Origin: Antedon mediterranea
Lineage: Eukaryota > Animalia > Echinodermata
Reading direction: 5' to 3'
DNA length: 64,000 nucleotides
Assembly (NCBI RefSeq): GCF_964355755.1
Contig: NC_092673.1
Span: 10,698,948 to 10,762,947, forward strand
Part shown: positions 61,831 through 64,000 of the stretch, one piece after another
Position numbering within the stretch: position 1 is the first letter of the stretch
How the letters are laid out: every line of letters starts with the position of its first letter
Made by a program: the position numbers and the translations under genes
Notes under the pieces: generated by a model
What the model was told of the DNA's origin: nothing
What the model saw: the letters and a program-made list of their open reading frames with translations, nothing else
Databases searched by the model: none

Positions 61831-63824
61831 ACTTGTTTAGGCCTGACATTTACAACCCTAAAAATATCTCATTTTAAAAACCATATTTATTTTCAATTAA
61901 AAAAAAAAAGAAAAAAATATTCCTAGAGGTTCGAACCCACTACTGAGAGAACTCAAACCTGAGCATTAGCGGTTAGGCCACAAACCAGTAGATGAGTGAA
62001 GAGCTGATAATAGTCTATTTATATGAAATGAATGATCCATCAATGTAAAATGATGTTATGCAAATTTGTTTCTGATTTAAAAAAAGGTCCACTTGGTTAG
62101 GCTTGACATTTAAAACCATAAAAATATCTCAATTTCAAAAACCATATTTATTTTCAATTAAAAAAAAAAAGAAAAAAATATTCCTAGAGGTTCGAACCCA
62201 CTACTGAGAGAACTCAAACCTGAGCATTAGCGGTTAGGCCACAAACCAGTAGATGAGTGAAGAGCTGATAATAGTCTATTTATATGAAATGAATGATCCA
62301 TCAATGTAAAATGATGTTATGCAACTTTGTTTCTGATTTAAAAAAAGGTCCACTTGGTTAGGCTTGACATTTAAAACCATAAAAATATCTCAATTTCAAA
62401 AACAATATTTATTTTCAAATAAAAAAAGAAAGAAAAAAAGTATCCCTAGAAGTTCGAACCCACTATTGAAGTCACTCAAACCTGAGCATTACCCGTTACG
62501 CCGCAAACCAGTATATGACTGAAGAGCTGATAATAGTCTATTTATATGAAATGGATTATCAATCAATGAAAAATAATGCCATGCAACTTTGTTTCTGATT
62601 TCAAAAAAGGTTCACTTGTTTAGGCCTGACAGTTGCAACCCTCAAAATATCTCACTTTCAAAAACAATATTTATTTTCAATTAAAAAAAAAAGAAAAAAA
62701 TACCCGTATAGGTTCGAACCCACTACTGAGAGCACTCAAACCTGTGCATTATCCGTTACGCCACAAACCAGTAGATGACTGAGGAGCTGATAACAGTCTA
62801 TATATATGAAATGAATGATCAATCAATGAAAAATAATGCCATGCAACTTTGTTTCTGATTTTAAAAAATGTCCACTTGTTTAGGCCTGACATTTACAACC
62901 CTCAAAATATCTCACTTTTAAAAAACCATATTTATTTTCAATTTAAAAAAAAAAGAAAGAAAAATATCCCTAGAGGTTCGACCCACTACTCAGAGCACTC
63001 AAACCTGAGCATTACCCGTTACGCCACAAACCAGTAGATGAATGAAGAGTTGATAACAGTCTATTTATATGATGCCATGCAACTTTGTTTCGGAATTTAA
63101 AAAAGATCCATTTGTTTAGGCATGACATTCACAACCCTAAAAAATATCTCATTTTCAAAAAATATATTTATTTTCAATAAGAAAAAAAAAGCAATATCCC
63201 TAGAGGTTGGAACCCGCTACTGAGAGCACTCAAACCTGGGTATTACCCGTTACGCCACAAACCAGTAGATGACTGAAGAGCTTATAATAGTCTATTTATA
63301 TTAAATGAATAATAAATCAATGAAAAATAATGCCATGCAACTTTGTTTCTGATTTTAAAAAAGGTTCACTTGTTTAGGCCTGACATTTACAACCCTCAAA
63401 ATATCTCACTTTGAAAAACAATATTTATTTTCAATTAAAAAAAAAAGAAAAAAAATATCCGTAGAGGTTCGAACCCACTAGTGAGAGCACTCAAACTTGA
63501 GCATTACCCGTTACGCCACAAACCAGTAGATGAGTGAGGAGCTGATAATAGTCTATATAAATGAAATGAATGATCAATCAATGCAAAATAATGCCATGCA
63601 ACTTTATTTCTGATTTTAAAAAAGGTCCACTTGTTTAGGCCTGACATTTACAACCCTCAAAATATCTCACTTTCAAAAACCATATTTATTTTCAATTTAA
63701 AAAAAAAAAGAAAACAAATATCCCTAGAGGTTCGACCCACTGCTCAGAGCACTCAAACCTGAGCATTACCCGTTACGCCACAAACCAGTAGATGACTGAG
63801 GAGCTGATAATAGTCTATATATAT
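61831..63824 (-). repeat. ~260-bp tRNA-like satellite
   Basis: About 7.5 typical monomers. Confidence 0.95.
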
Positions 63825-64000
63825 TGTCATTGTGACTTCGTGGAGAGCGAACGCGTTTTGGATTCGCTCCGCTAAGCTGCTAACTCCATGTAAATTGAGC
63901 AGCGGGTAATATGAATACCTAAACCTCCACGCCCAGGTGAGGCATGCATGCAATAGCTACCGAGCACGCTAAACATACTGAAGATACAATTGTACTATAG
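63825..64000. mobile_element. Start of another insertion, possibly an LTR (truncated by window edge)
   Basis: Satellite breaks in its TATA run and unique, GC-richer sequence begins with TGTCA. Confidence 0.45.

Noticed and set aside
17120-63037. Many 60-80-aa ORFs such as MFLILKKVHLFRPDIY.. and MPCNFVSDFKKR..
   Set aside because: Chance frames through the satellite monomer; they open and close with A-run length and show no protein features.

Overview
Eukaryotic, repeat-only heterochromatin-like window (AT-rich, probably an invertebrate animal); no host protein-coding gene is supportable. 1-15967 is a compound (GA)n-GATAGATCAGC micro/minisatellite array holding a ~1.5-kb solo LTR, followed by a short ~190-bp tandem array. 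From ~17035 to the end is a ~260-bp satellite (roughly 70 monomers by eye, partly in higher-order repeats). Each monomer reads on the minus strand as a tRNA-like RNA Pol III unit: TATA, A box, B box, oligo-T. Five copies of a ~1.3-kb block, headed by a tRNA-like plus structured-RNA unit, are interspersed. The satellite has collected many insertions: an ~11-kb decayed Helentron (OTU, Zn fingers, Rep, Pif1 helicase, APE endonuclease) bounded by two complete mini-Helentron modules and carrying a tRNA-Val; a 2.3-kb CAC...GTG element with RSS-like ends nested in the Helentron; a MULE-like element containing an L2 tail; a tRNA-SINE; a LINE 3' fragment; two copies of an L1/Tx1-derived insertion; an Academ-like element; and the start of another element at the right edge. 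All calls were read by eye, with no database searches or folding/alignment runs.
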